Of a stretch of DNA of 64,000 nt, positions 1-8,900 are shown in pieces. The notes under the pieces are model-generated. The model was not told the origin of the DNA. It saw nothing but the letters and a program-made list of their open reading frames with translations, and ran no database searches. Origin of the DNA: an uncultured Gammaproteobacteria bacterium (GTDB lineage: Bacteria > Patescibacteriota > Patescibacteriia > JACQRZ01); contig CAZUKY010000002.1 of assembly GCA_964621085.1 (NCBI GenBank), positions 22,637-86,636 of the forward strand, written 5' to 3'. The position numbers were made by a program, and so were the translations under genes. Every line of letters begins with the position of its first letter. Position 1 is the first letter of the stretch.

Positions 1-872
1 TGACGCTGTTCCGCAATGCGCAGGTGATCGAGGATCCGAAGGACTGGGACGCGTTCCAGCGCGTGGTCAAGCAACTCACGCTCATCGACAACCAGCGCAA
101 CGACACGTCAGACATCATTCAGTCGGGAGCGGCATTCGGCGGCGCGGACAATGTGGAGCGGTCACCGGATATCATCGCGACGCTCATGATGCAAAGCGGC
201 GCAGTCATGACCGACGGCAATCAGGTGGCCTTCGATCGTCCGTCGCGCCAGTCGCAGAACCGGAGCGTGGTGCCTGCCGTCGAGGCGCTGCGCTTCTATA
301 CCGACTTTGCCTCGTACGCGCCGCGCAAGGAGCCGTATGCGTGGAACGTGGACCAGCCGAACAGCTTTCAGGCGTTTTTGCAAGGCAAGACGGCGATGTT
401 TTTCGGCTACTCGTACCACCAGACCGCTCTCCGCGCGCAGGCGCCGCAGCTGAACTTCGCGACCCGCCCGATTCCGCAGATCAATCCGCAGCGTCCCGTA
501 ACGTTCGCAAACTACTGGGTGGAAACCGTCTCGAAAAAGAGCGCAAACACGGATTACGCCTGGGACTTTCTCATGTTTGCCGCGGCAAACCAGGATCTGA
601 TGCGCGACTACACGAAAACATCCGGCCGTCCGACTGCCTTGCGGTCGCTTGTTGCCGAGCAGACGGCAACCGAGGATATGAACGCGTTTGCCTCGCAGCT
701 GATCATGGCGCGGAGCTGGTACCGCGGCAAAAAGCCGCTTGTGGCCGAGGAGGCGCTGCGTCGGATGATTGCCGATGCGCTGGACGCCAAGGGCGGTACC
801 GAGTCCGAGGAACGCAGCAAGCTGATGGCGATCGTTCGCAAGGCCCAGCAGGCGATTCAAGCAACCTATTGA
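1..872 (+). CDS. ABC transporter substrate-binding protein, 5'-truncated (C-terminal part only)
   Basis: Open frame runs from the window edge to the stop at 872. The translation (..ALRFYTDFASYAP..TAMFFGYSYHQ..WYRGKKPL..) resembles family-1 extracellular solute-binding proteins. No start codon lies inside the window. Confidence 0.45.
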   Translation, partial: TLFRNAQVIEDPKDWDAFQRVVKQLTLIDNQRNDTSDIIQSGAAFGGADNVERSPDIIATLMMQSGAVMTDGNQVAFDRPSRQSQNRSVVPAVEALRFYTDFASYAPRKEPYAWNVDQPNSFQAFLQGKTAMFFGYSYHQTALRAQAPQLNFATRPIPQINPQRPVTFANYWVETVSKKSANTDYAWDFLMFAAANQDLMRDYTKTSGRPTALRSLVAEQTATEDMNAFASQLIMARSWYRGKKPLVAEEALRRMIADALDAKGGTESEERSKLMAIVRKAQQAIQATY

Positions 873-876
873 GTAT

Positions 877-904
877 GACTCAGGAATCAGGACTCAGGAA
901 TCAG
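877..904. repeat. Short tandem repeat, 14-nt unit gactcaggaatcag x2 plus a partial copy
   Basis: Direct tandem copies read in the sequence between the SBP gene stop and pilin-like gene 1. Confidence 0.6.
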
Positions 905-943
905 GAATTGCGGCCATCATTCCCGCGCCGCGGCTGGCGGCGG

Positions 944-2311
944 ATGGGTATCATGGCAGCAGGTGTCTTTTGCATCTTTGCGGTTTTTATTTTGACCACC
1001 GCTCTTCCTGTTGCGGCGTACAAGTCGACAGGCATCATTCCGAGCGAGTGCTACGGCAGTGGCAACTACGGATGGGGCGGGATCATGCTTCTGATCGGCA
1101 ACATCATCAAGTTCGCACTCGGCTTGTCCGGCACGATCGCGCTTCTGATGTTTTTTGTGGGCGGCTACTTCTGGATCTTCGGTGGCGCCTCGGAGAGCAA
1201 TATCAAAAAAGGCAAAGAGTTCATGACGAATGCCGTCATTGGACTTTTGATCGTGTACGGCAGCTGGGTCGGCGTGAACTACTTCGTCGCAACACTTACG
1301 ACGCCGGAGGGTCAGCGCATTCAGGCTCAGGGCCTGCTCTTCGGTCAGCCGTGGAACCAGTTCGCCCGAGAAACCGAGGTCTGTATCGAGATCGCCAGAA
1401 GCTCAAGAGGCGGCGCATCGATACCGGAGATGAAGGCACCGAAGCCAGCGGCACCAGCGGCGATTCCTGGCAATACTATTAATCACCAGATCACAACCTG
1501 TAAAAAAGAAGATATAAAGCCTGACGCAAAGCCGGCAGGGTCGAACTGCCGATCAAGTGCGTGCAATTGTAAGTCGGGTAGGTGCGACGCAACAGGCGTA
1601 TGTATGCCTGAAGAGATGTCTGAGCAAGTTGCGGAGAATTCGAGGGGTAACTGTTGCTATTTTACGGAAAACTCAGACGGTTCATTTAAGCGAGAGAGTC
1701 CCCGAGTCCACAACGCACAGGGATGTCGAGATCTCATAGCTAGAAGTAGCGATGCTTCATATAAGCGAGATGTCTACTTTTGTGCGACAGAGGCAGGAGC
1801 CGATCCAAAAAATGAAGCAATATGCTTTCAGTATCCGGCTCTCGGGGCATCAAAAACTGATTTTAATTCCGCTTACTTCAAGCAAGGACAGTGTCCGAAA
1901 AGGATAAATATCCGGGCCGCCGGCCTGCAACAACTGCCACCACCGGAGGCGACCGGAGTATGTTGTTATAACTTGAAGAAACGAGAGACTTCAGGAGTTA
2001 GTACAATAACAACCTATTCAGCAGAAGGTGTTAAAAGGACCAGAAATAATTGTTCTAAAGCACGCGTCCAGTCAGCGTACCCATCTGCCACCACTGTAAT
2101 CAACGGCACAAAAACAGACTTGAAAGTAGAAGATACAAGATACTGCTATAAGCATACGAATCCGGAAAGTATTGCCACATCTGCGTGCGGTTCTCAGGTC
2201 GACGCAGGGACGGGTAGTTTTATAGAAGGAGCTCTTGAAGGGGAAGTGAGAGGTAAAAAATGGTATCCTATAGACCAAGAGGCACAAGGAATCACCTGTG
2301 AGCCCCGATAG
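944..2311 (+). CDS. VirB2/TrbC-like pilin-family protein, paralog 1, with ~310-aa Cys-rich C-terminal extension
   Basis: First in-frame ATG after the upstream stop gives a signal-peptide-like N-terminus (MGIMAAGVFCIFAVFILTTALPVAA). The conserved two-helix core is IIKFALGLSGTIALLMFFVGGYFWIFGG..KKGKEFMTNAVIGLLIVYGSW. About 30 Cys lie in the C-terminal region. The ORF track's earlier start at 341 overlaps the upstream gene and is rejected. Confidence 0.5.
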   Translation: MGIMAAGVFCIFAVFILTTALPVAAYKSTGIIPSECYGSGNYGWGGIMLLIGNIIKFALGLSGTIALLMFFVGGYFWIFGGASESNIKKGKEFMTNAVIGLLIVYGSWVGVNYFVATLTTPEGQRIQAQGLLFGQPWNQFARETEVCIEIARSSRGGASIPEMKAPKPAAPAAIPGNTINHQITTCKKEDIKPDAKPAGSNCRSSACNCKSGRCDATGVCMPEEMSEQVAENSRGNCCYFTENSDGSFKRESPRVHNAQGCRDLIARSSDASYKRDVYFCATEAGADPKNEAICFQYPALGASKTDFNSAYFKQGQCPKRINIRAAGLQQLPPPEATGVCCYNLKKRETSGVSTITTYSAEGVKRTRNNCSKARVQSAYPSATTVINGTKTDLKVEDTRYCYKHTNPESIATSACGSQVDAGTGSFIEGALEGEVRGKKWYPIDQEAQGITCEPR

Positions 2312-2318
2312 GTATTAT

Positions 2319-2669
2319 ATGAGCACATGGAAAGTTCTTATTGCAGTGATTTTTTTCTTGACACTTCTTTTCGCAAGTGTCGACCCAATCCTCGCTGCAA
2401 AGCTCGACGATCCGCTGAATATCGGCGAGAACAACAAGGGTATCCAGATCGTCGTCGGGCGGTTTCTCAAAGGACTGCTGGGGATATCGGGTGTTGTGGT
2501 GCTGCTGATGTTTGTCCTCGGGGGCTTTCAACTCCTTACCTCGGCTGGCGACAAGAAAAAATACCAGCAAGGAACAACGACGCTCTGGTGGGCCGCCGTC
2601 GGCATCCTGACGGTATTCGGCAGCTACGCGATCGTCGAGTTCCTCCTACGATCGTTTATTTCAGGGTGA
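2319..2669 (+). CDS. VirB2/TrbC-like pilin-family protein, paralog 2
   Basis: Signal-peptide-like N-terminus (MSTWKVLIAVIFFLTLLFASV). Core is LLGISGVVVLLMFVLGGFQLLTSAGDKKKYQQGTTTLWWAAVGILTVFGSYAIVEFL. The ATG at 2298 is an alternative start. Confidence 0.5.
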   Translation: MSTWKVLIAVIFFLTLLFASVDPILAAKLDDPLNIGENNKGIQIVVGRFLKGLLGISGVVVLLMFVLGGFQLLTSAGDKKKYQQGTTTLWWAAVGILTVFGSYAIVEFLLRSFISG

Positions 2670-2670
2670 T

Positions 2671-3381
2671 ATGAGCACGAGTCTGAAAAAAGTTTCATTG
2701 ATCATTGCGACAGCATGGCTGATCGGAGGCTTTTCGTTTGTGTCTGCAGAGGAAAGTCCGTCGGGTAGTGGCACATTTTTTTCATCGGACGGCAATTTGG
2801 AACCTTCCAACCCTTATGAAAACGATTACCAATCAGGAGTTCCTTCGACTTTGCAAAGCGCTCCGCTTTCCAATCCTTCACAGGTAGGACAGCTGAACTT
2901 TTGTCCTGGCGCCGGTACCACGCGGGCCGATATCACGACCGAGCAGGCATGCAACGCGTACTGCACGCATGAGAACAACTTTGAAAGGATGGAGGGCTTC
3001 GGTCTGAACAAATCGAAGTATGCCGACGTCGACTGCTGCTGCTGGAAGGGAAGCGTCACATCGCAACCCAAAAAAGTCACCTGCAGCGAGCTGCCGGATG
3101 GCACGTGCGAGCTTGGCAATACATTGAAAGGAGACGTCGCCAAGACGCCGCAGGAGTTTGCGGGGCGGATCATCAAGAACTTCTTGGGGATCGTCGGCGT
3201 GCTTGCACTCGTTATGTTTATGTGGGGCGGCGCGCAGATCATGATGTCTCGCTTCGGCGGCGACGATAAGACAAAATACCAGCAAGGCATCCAGACGCTT
3301 GTCGGCGCAGGCGCGGGCCTCGTTGTGATCTTTGGCAGCTACGCGCTCGTCGAGTTTCTCTTCTCCCGCCTCTTGTCGTAA
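2671..3381 (+). CDS. VirB2/TrbC-like pilin-family protein, paralog 3, with N-proximal Cys-rich insert
   Basis: Signal peptide MSTSLKKVSLIIATAWLIGGFSFVSA. Cys-rich segment (CPGAG..CNAYCTHEN..DCCCWKG..CSELPDGTCELG) precedes the core IVGVLALVMFMWGGAQIMMSRFGGDDKTKYQQGIQTLVGAGAGLVVIFGSYALVEFL. The ATG sits 1 nt after the upstream stop, consistent with translational coupling. Confidence 0.55.
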   Translation: MSTSLKKVSLIIATAWLIGGFSFVSAEESPSGSGTFFSSDGNLEPSNPYENDYQSGVPSTLQSAPLSNPSQVGQLNFCPGAGTTRADITTEQACNAYCTHENNFERMEGFGLNKSKYADVDCCCWKGSVTSQPKKVTCSELPDGTCELGNTLKGDVAKTPQEFAGRIIKNFLGIVGVLALVMFMWGGAQIMMSRFGGDDKTKYQQGIQTLVGAGAGLVVIFGSYALVEFLFSRLLS

Positions 3382-3384
3382 AAG

Positions 3385-3417
3385 TATCCCCATTCCGTCC
3401 GGAAAATGTGGTATACT
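3385..3417 (+). promoter_or_regulatory. Putative promoter: TATCCCCA, 16-nt spacer, extended -10 TGGTATACT
   Basis: Read directly: tatcccca(3385-3392), 16 nt, tggtatact(3409-3417), upstream of paralog 4. The same bipartite motif recurs at 5884 and 13113. Confidence 0.45.
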
Positions 3418-3468
3418 AACCATTACGTGAATAACTTTTTAAGCAGAGCCTTTGGCTCAATCGATCGT

Positions 3469-3855
3469 ATGGCACTTCGCAGGCTTTTCGCAGCCCTCTC
3501 TCTGGCCGGCATTCTCCTCGTTCCCGCAGGCGTGTTGGCGCAGGATCTCGACCCGTCGGATCCTGAAACGTTCCGGAAATACAATCCGCCCGTTTCTTCG
3601 AACGTCGAGACGGATATCGGCATGATCGCGAAAAACATCATCGGCGTCGTTATGGGTTTCCTTGGACTGTTCGCCGTGGTCATCATTATCATTGCGGGTT
3701 TCAAGTGGATGACGGCGGGCGGTGATGAGAAAAAGGTTGAAGAGGCGAAAAACCAACTCATCCAAGGCGCGATCGGTCTTGTCATCATCATCGCCTCCTG
3801 GAGCATCGCCTTTTTCGTCATCGAGCAGATCGCAAAGGTTGTCGGTGGGCAGTAG
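3469..3855 (+). CDS. VirB2/TrbC-like pilin-family protein, paralog 4
   Basis: Start chosen at MALRRLFAALSLAGILLVPAGVLAQD (signal peptide), downstream of the predicted promoter. Core is IIGVVMGFLGLFAVVIIIIAGFKWMTAGGDEKKVEEAKNQLIQGAIGLVIIIASWSIAFFVIEQI. Confidence 0.5.
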   Translation: MALRRLFAALSLAGILLVPAGVLAQDLDPSDPETFRKYNPPVSSNVETDIGMIAKNIIGVVMGFLGLFAVVIIIIAGFKWMTAGGDEKKVEEAKNQLIQGAIGLVIIIASWSIAFFVIEQIAKVVGGQ

Positions 3856-3874
3856 GGCATAAAACAACCTCCCC

Positions 3875-4324
3875 ATGCTTTTTCAAAAGACAGCATTCCT
3901 CTTTTTCGCGTGGAGCGCTGTCTTTTTGTTTTTCTTCGCCCCCATCAGCGGCACATTTTCGTTTGTTGATGCAGCCGAGTCTTCATCCGGGCCCGTGAAT
4001 TTGAATGTCTCCGGCACGGGCCTGGAAGACACCGGCAAGGCGGCTGGATTCAAAGAGGGGCAAAACCAATTGCCAGGGTATATCGGCACCGTCCTCAAGG
4101 CATTTTTTGGCGTGTTGGGTATTATCTTCCTCGCCTTGACGATCTATGGCGGCCTGCGGTGGATGCTCTCGCAGGGAAACGACACCGAAATCAAAGGCGC
4201 CCGCGATACGATTATTAGCGCGGTTATCGGCATTGCCATCGTTGCAGCATCCTATGCGATTACAGACTTTGTCATCGACCAGCTTGTAAAAAGCGGGGTA
4301 AAACAGGAGATTATCGGCGAGTGA
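3875..4324 (+). CDS. VirB2/TrbC-like pilin-family protein, paralog 5
   Basis: Hydrophobic N-terminus. Core is FFGVLGIIFLALTIYGGLRWMLSQGNDTEIKGARDTIISAVIGIAIVAASYAITDFVIDQL. Confidence 0.5.
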   Translation: MLFQKTAFLFFAWSAVFLFFFAPISGTFSFVDAAESSSGPVNLNVSGTGLEDTGKAAGFKEGQNQLPGYIGTVLKAFFGVLGIIFLALTIYGGLRWMLSQGNDTEIKGARDTIISAVIGIAIVAASYAITDFVIDQLVKSGVKQEIIGE

Positions 4325-4325
4325 T

Positions 4326-4724
4326 ATGCAAATCCTTTCTTCCATCATTTCTCGTGGAGCCGTGTTTGTGGGCGTATTCTTGCCGGCAACGGCAGTTTTT
4401 GCGGACAATCCTCCTGCAAACACAATAAAAGGAAATCTGAAAGAGAGTGCTAGTAGCGTATTTTCGCAAAGCGAGATTGCTGTTGTCATCGGCTCGATCG
4501 TCACTGCGCTTCTTGGAGTTCTGGGTGTCGTTTTTTTGGCGCTGTTGATCTATGGCGGCTTTCTGTACATGACTGACCTGGGCGATGAGAAGCAGGCGGC
4601 AACAGCAAAGAAACTGATCACGAATGCAACCATCGGGTTGGTTATCGTTGCAGTCTCGTTCGCGGTGACGAAGTTCGTGCTGGATAGCATCGGCGGGGCT
4701 GCCGGAGTAAGTGGTAGTTTTTAA
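4326..4724 (+). CDS. VirB2/TrbC-like pilin-family protein, paralog 6
   Basis: Signal peptide MQILSSIISRGAVFVGVFLPATAVFA. Core is LLGVLGVVFLALLIYGGFLYMTDLGDEKQAATAKKLITNATIGLVIVAVSFAVTKFVL. Start lies 2 nt after the upstream stop. Confidence 0.55.
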   Translation: MQILSSIISRGAVFVGVFLPATAVFADNPPANTIKGNLKESASSVFSQSEIAVVIGSIVTALLGVLGVVFLALLIYGGFLYMTDLGDEKQAATAKKLITNATIGLVIVAVSFAVTKFVLDSIGGAAGVSGSF

Positions 4725-4732
4725 GACCGTAT

Positions 4733-5317
4733 ATGGCAGAAATAAAGAAAAGAACAGTAACGCGTGCTCGTACGGGCCGCAGCGGTCAGGCAACACGAAA
4801 GCCGCGCGTCGCGGCTCGTCCTGTGCGTCGGAAGCGGCCCGCGATCTCGGCGGAGAATATTCCACAACTCGAAGCGGTCATCATAGAAGAGGGGAGAAGT
4901 GCAGAGCCTGGCCACATCATCTTTATGCAGCGCACAGGCGTCGTTCTCAACCGTGCGTTTAGCGTCACGACGGCGACAGTCCTTTCCCTTTCCCTTATGC
5001 TGGGTGGCATGACAACGTTCGCCGAAGGACTCAAATTTAGTGACGTGCAAAACAATGTCGGCGCCGAACTTGATCTGGCGACAGTCATCGCGAATATCAT
5101 CAACGTATTACTTGGTTTACTGGGTGTCGTTTTTGTGTTATTTGTTATCTATGGCGGGTTTCTCTGGATGACAGACAAGGGCGATGAGAAGCAGGCAGAG
5201 CACGCGAAAGCCGTCCTGAAAAACTCCACCATCGGCGTTGTCATCGTTGCGCTTGCCATGGCGATTTCCAACTTTGTGATCAGCACTCTGGCAACCAAGG
5301 TCTTTACAGGCGAGTAA
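4733..5317 (+). CDS. VirB2/TrbC-like pilin-family protein, paralog 7 (possible internal start at 4925)
   Basis: Core is LLGLLGVVFVLFVIYGGFLWMTDKGDEKQAEHAKAVLKNSTIGVVIVALAMAISNFVISTL. The first 64 codons are strongly basic and atypical. The Met at 4925 (MQRTGVVLNRAFSVTTATVLSLSLML) would give a signal-peptide-like start. Confidence 0.45.
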   Translation: MAEIKKRTVTRARTGRSGQATRKPRVAARPVRRKRPAISAENIPQLEAVIIEEGRSAEPGHIIFMQRTGVVLNRAFSVTTATVLSLSLMLGGMTTFAEGLKFSDVQNNVGAELDLATVIANIINVLLGLLGVVFVLFVIYGGFLWMTDKGDEKQAEHAKAVLKNSTIGVVIVALAMAISNFVISTLATKVFTGE

Positions 5318-5370
5318 GACTTTCGTACGCTTTTTTTCAAAATAGCTATAATCTCAATAATTTTGATCAT

Positions 5371-5811
5371 ATGAAAAAAGCTATTGCACTTTTCGGCGCA
5401 ACTGCTGCGATCTGCTCGCTTCTTGTGCCGGTTGCCGTTTTCGGTGCCGAAACGACTGTTTCTGGTTCGCTCGGCGGATCGACCGCCCCAACTGGAATAG
5501 GACAGGCGCTCCAGGGCGGCGCAACCGCTGAACTGGAGAAAGAGGACCTGTTTAAGACAAAGACCGACTTCATCACGATTGTTGCCAATATTATCAGTGT
5601 TATTTTGGGCTTCCTCGGACTGATCCTGGTCGCCTTCATCATCTATGCCGGCTTCCTCTGGATGACGGACAACGGCGACGAGAAACGCACCGAAACAGCA
5701 AAGAATATTCTCCGCAACTCGATTATCGGCCTCATCATCATCGTGGTAGCGTATGCGATTTCAAACTTTGTCGTGAGTACGCTGGCAACTGACGTCTTGA
5801 AGCAGCAGTAA
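5371..5811 (+). CDS. VirB2/TrbC-like pilin-family protein, paralog 8
   Basis: Signal peptide MKKAIALFGATAAICSLLVPVAVFGA. Core is ILGFLGLILVAFIIYAGFLWMTDNGDEKRTETAKNILRNSIIGLIIIVVAYAISNFVVSTL. A TATAAT -10 lies at 5347-5352 upstream and a terminator follows downstream. Confidence 0.55.
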   Translation: MKKAIALFGATAAICSLLVPVAVFGAETTVSGSLGGSTAPTGIGQALQGGATAELEKEDLFKTKTDFITIVANIISVILGFLGLILVAFIIYAGFLWMTDNGDEKRTETAKNILRNSIIGLIIIVVAYAISNFVVSTLATDVLKQQ

Positions 5812-5832
5812 GGAAGGCAAAAAGAAAGTAAA

Positions 5833-5861
5833 AGAGCGTCTGCGTACAGACGCTCTTTTTC
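5833..5861 (+). terminator. Rho-independent terminator closing the pilin-like array
   Basis: agagcgtctg / cgta / cagacgctct 10-bp stem followed by a T-run (ttttc). Confidence 0.7.
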
Positions 5862-5883
5862 AGTTGCGCCTTTTGCGCAAGGT

Positions 5884-5919
5884 TATCCCCATGAATAGAT
5901 ACCGAAAGATTGGTATACT
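5884..5919 (+). promoter_or_regulatory. Putative promoter: TATCCCCA, 19-nt spacer, TGGTATACT
   Basis: tatcccca(5884-5891), 19 nt, tggtatact(5911-5919). Lies about 35 nt upstream of the tail-fibre-like gene start. Confidence 0.45.
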
Positions 5920-5954
5920 TGAGCATATAGTGAGCGGCATTCGCCTGAACGGCG

Positions 5955-8900
5955 ATGCGGCATTTTCTCACATACCCCATGCCATCTCAATTTTCCAAAA
6001 GAGGATGGGCGCTCCTTACTGCAGTCGGAGCGATTTTTGCGTTGCTGACTGCAACCGCCTCGTCTACCTTCGCCCAACCCAAAAGCACCGAGGGTCCCAG
6101 CGCGACGCTCAATGAGCTGCTCGAGGATGAGACGCTCAAGAAGGTTATCAATCGCGGCGCGACCGATCAAAGCCGCAACGATGCGAGCGAGTACACGGGC
6201 CCGATCATCTTTGGGGGAAGCCTGGAGGTGCGCGGCGGGTTAAAGGGTGTACCAGACTCAGCCGATCCGAGTGATCCGAAGAAAAACAAGCTTTTGCTGC
6301 AAAAAGACGGCGGGAACGTCGGAATTGGAACGGCAACGCCGATAAACGCAGCGTTGGAAGTGGTTAAGGCGGGGGGCGTACAGGGACGGTTTGCGTACGA
6401 CGCCGATCGCTATATTGATATTATTGGGAATGTCGGCGTTAAGCTTCGCTCGGCAGACAGTCAGAACAACCCCCTTGAGATCGTAAAGGAGGGAAAGGGC
6501 GAGTTGGTTTTCAAGACCGGCCTCAATGGTGCAACAGCAGCCCGACTGATAATTCTTCAGGATGGCAACATTGGCATCGGGACGGCCGATCCGAAAAACA
6601 AACTGACGATTGGCTCAAGCAACAAGATTCAAGAGACGAAAGGGCTGGGCTTAGGCGCGGATCAGAATGTTGTCGAGTTGGTGCATTCAACGTACGGAAA
6701 CGGCTACGGATCAAAGCTCTACGGCCGCGATTTCGGTAATGGAGGGACGGGTCTTGCCATCGCTACGCGCGGAAATACGGGAACATGGACAGACGCCGTT
6801 ACGATCCGCGCAGATGACGCGACCGGCGGAAAGAACGGTAACGTCGGCATCGGCACGATTTCGCCGAATGCCGCACTTGCTATTTTTCGGAACGGCGTGA
6901 ATGCTGCGATCGACCTTGGATCGAAAGGCGAGAACGGCAACTATTGGTCGTTACGGCATGATGGCAGTGATGACAGACTCGCATTTTGGTTCAAAGATGG
7001 CGGCGATAAGTTGTCGCTTGGCAAAGACGGCGTGTTGTCTGGCAATGCATTCTCATCCCTTGCGAAGCAGTACGACTGGGTATCTTTGGGCGCGCGCACG
7101 ATGACGAGTCCCCAGCTTGCCGGCATTCCGCTCTGCGGCGCAAGCAACTTCAACAACCCTCTCGAACCGATTTGCTATACCGGCAGCGGCTCGAACTACG
7201 AGTTCAAGGAGCGCCAGGGCGTCGCCCATCCGAATACAAAACAGAAGGATGGCACGATCGCAACTCACGCACTTACTGCCGAGCGAAAGATCGCGATCGG
7301 TCTTCCTGGCTCGCAACAGAACGCTCTGTTGAACCCATCGTTGGAAATCAATCAGCCCTTCTACAGTCGCATCTTCCTGGGCGCGACGCAGTACCAACCA
7401 GAAGCCCAGCACGTGAAGATGGTCGTGGACGCCCGCGGCGACGGCCGCCTGGGCGGTGCGAACATGGGCCAGATCGGCACGATCTCGGGTCATCCCCTGA
7501 GCCTTTTGACAAATGACAGGGAACGCCTGCGCATCAGCGAATATGGCGGCGCAGAGATTTTTGCCTCGGAAAACAACACCAACGCTCTGGTCGTGAACGG
7601 CACGGTTCGCATCAAGAAGGTCGGTAACGAGCACGGCGGCTTGTATGTTGACGGCCCCGCTCAATTCCGCAACGGCATCACCTTCCCGCAGCTCGATGCA
7701 AATGGCAATCCAACCGCAACGAACCTCGCGTATATCAATCAGGCCGGCGACGCGATGTTTAGGAACCTACAGGTTAACGGCACCCTCACTGACAAGAGCG
7801 GCAATGAGTTTAAGCCCATCTGGTCTGGTGACGCAGCAAAGGCGTATCTTGCGAGCGGATTCGAAAACGCATCGGTCGGTATCGGTACGAATGATCCGAA
7901 GGCGAAGTTGCATGTGGAAGGTGATAATGGTCTTATGCTATCTCGAGCTGGCAACCAGACCTTGGGTGGAGGCCGTATAGGGCTTTTAGTCGGCTCCATC
8001 CTGAATGTTATTCAAAGCGCGGGTACTGGAAATTTGCATATATCCGGCGGCCTTGTCCCTGGTTCAGATGATCCTGTTCGCACTTCAGTAATTCTTCAGC
8101 CTACGGATGGTTATGTCGGTATAGGAACTATGCAACCGGGAGAAATACTCGCCTTGGGGGGCTCAAAGCCAGCGATTGATCTTGGCGCGGGTACTGAAAA
8201 CAGAGAGTTGAATGCAGGAAAAATCGCCTATCAGCGTTGGAGTGACGGTCTTGATATTGTTGGGGCGGGTGGCCCTAATGTAGCTGATCGAAAGATATAC
8301 TTTTATAATGAAGGAGGCGCTTTTTTTAACGGAGATGTGCAATTGAGCGCCACTAAAACATTACGGAGCTCAGGGCGAATGCATATCACGGGTGAAGAAA
8401 ACTTATATCTACTTAATAAGGGGGGAGTTGTAGTCAGTAATGCTTGGGGAGGAAACGGCAGTTTGACTGTAGATGGCAAAACCACTATCGGAAATGCAAG
8501 CACGAGAGGACAGGTGATGCTCGAGGTGCTTGGGAAAGCAGAGATTCATGGAGACGTGAACCTCAAACTCAGTAGCGCGAACAATCCGCTTGCGAAAAAG
8601 GGCTCGTATCTTGCCTACGATCCAAAGGTACAAGGTTTCGATATTGCAGAAAAATTTTCAACGGACTCCGATGTTGAGCCGGGGGATGTACTTGTTGCTG
8701 GTAAGAAGTCAAACACATTGACTCTATCCTCGAGACAATATCAAAAAGGCGCGATTGGCGTTGTTTCCACATCACCCGCTATCGTTTTTGAAGGAGGTGA
8801 GATAAAACTTGCCGCAGAAGCGCGGTTTTCGAAAGGGAAAAATCCCCCAGTAGCACTTTCAGGGCGTGTTCCAGTAAAGGTTACACTCGAAAATGGCCCG

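Noticed and set aside
877-904. Short tandem repeats at 877-904 and 43364-43400 as possible CRISPR or minisatellite features
   Set aside because: Units are only 8-14 nt with two or three copies and no spacers. They are likely slippage products in intergenic DNA.
341-943. ORF-track N-terminal extension of pilin-like gene 1 back to 341
   Set aside because: This frame overlaps the well-supported solute-binding protein gene that ends at 872. The first ATG after that stop (944) yields a proper signal peptide.
947-955. tgggtatcat (extended -10-like) overlapping the start codon of pilin-like gene 1
   Set aside because: Using it as a promoter would place the transcription start site inside the signal-peptide coding region. 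It is more likely a coincidental match, and the gene is probably co-transcribed with the upstream ABC-transporter gene.
4733-4924. Basic 64-aa N-terminal extension of pilin paralog 7
   Set aside because: Not rejected outright, but it is atypical (Arg/Lys-rich, no hydrophobic core). The in-frame Met at 4925 gives a conventional signal peptide, so the extension may be untranslated.
944-5811. Calling the pilin-like array a conjugative type IV secretion system
   Set aside because: Only the VirB2-like subunit family is present. The window has no VirB4, VirB6, VirB8-11, VirD4, relaxase or oriT-like sequence, so a T4SS cannot be asserted.
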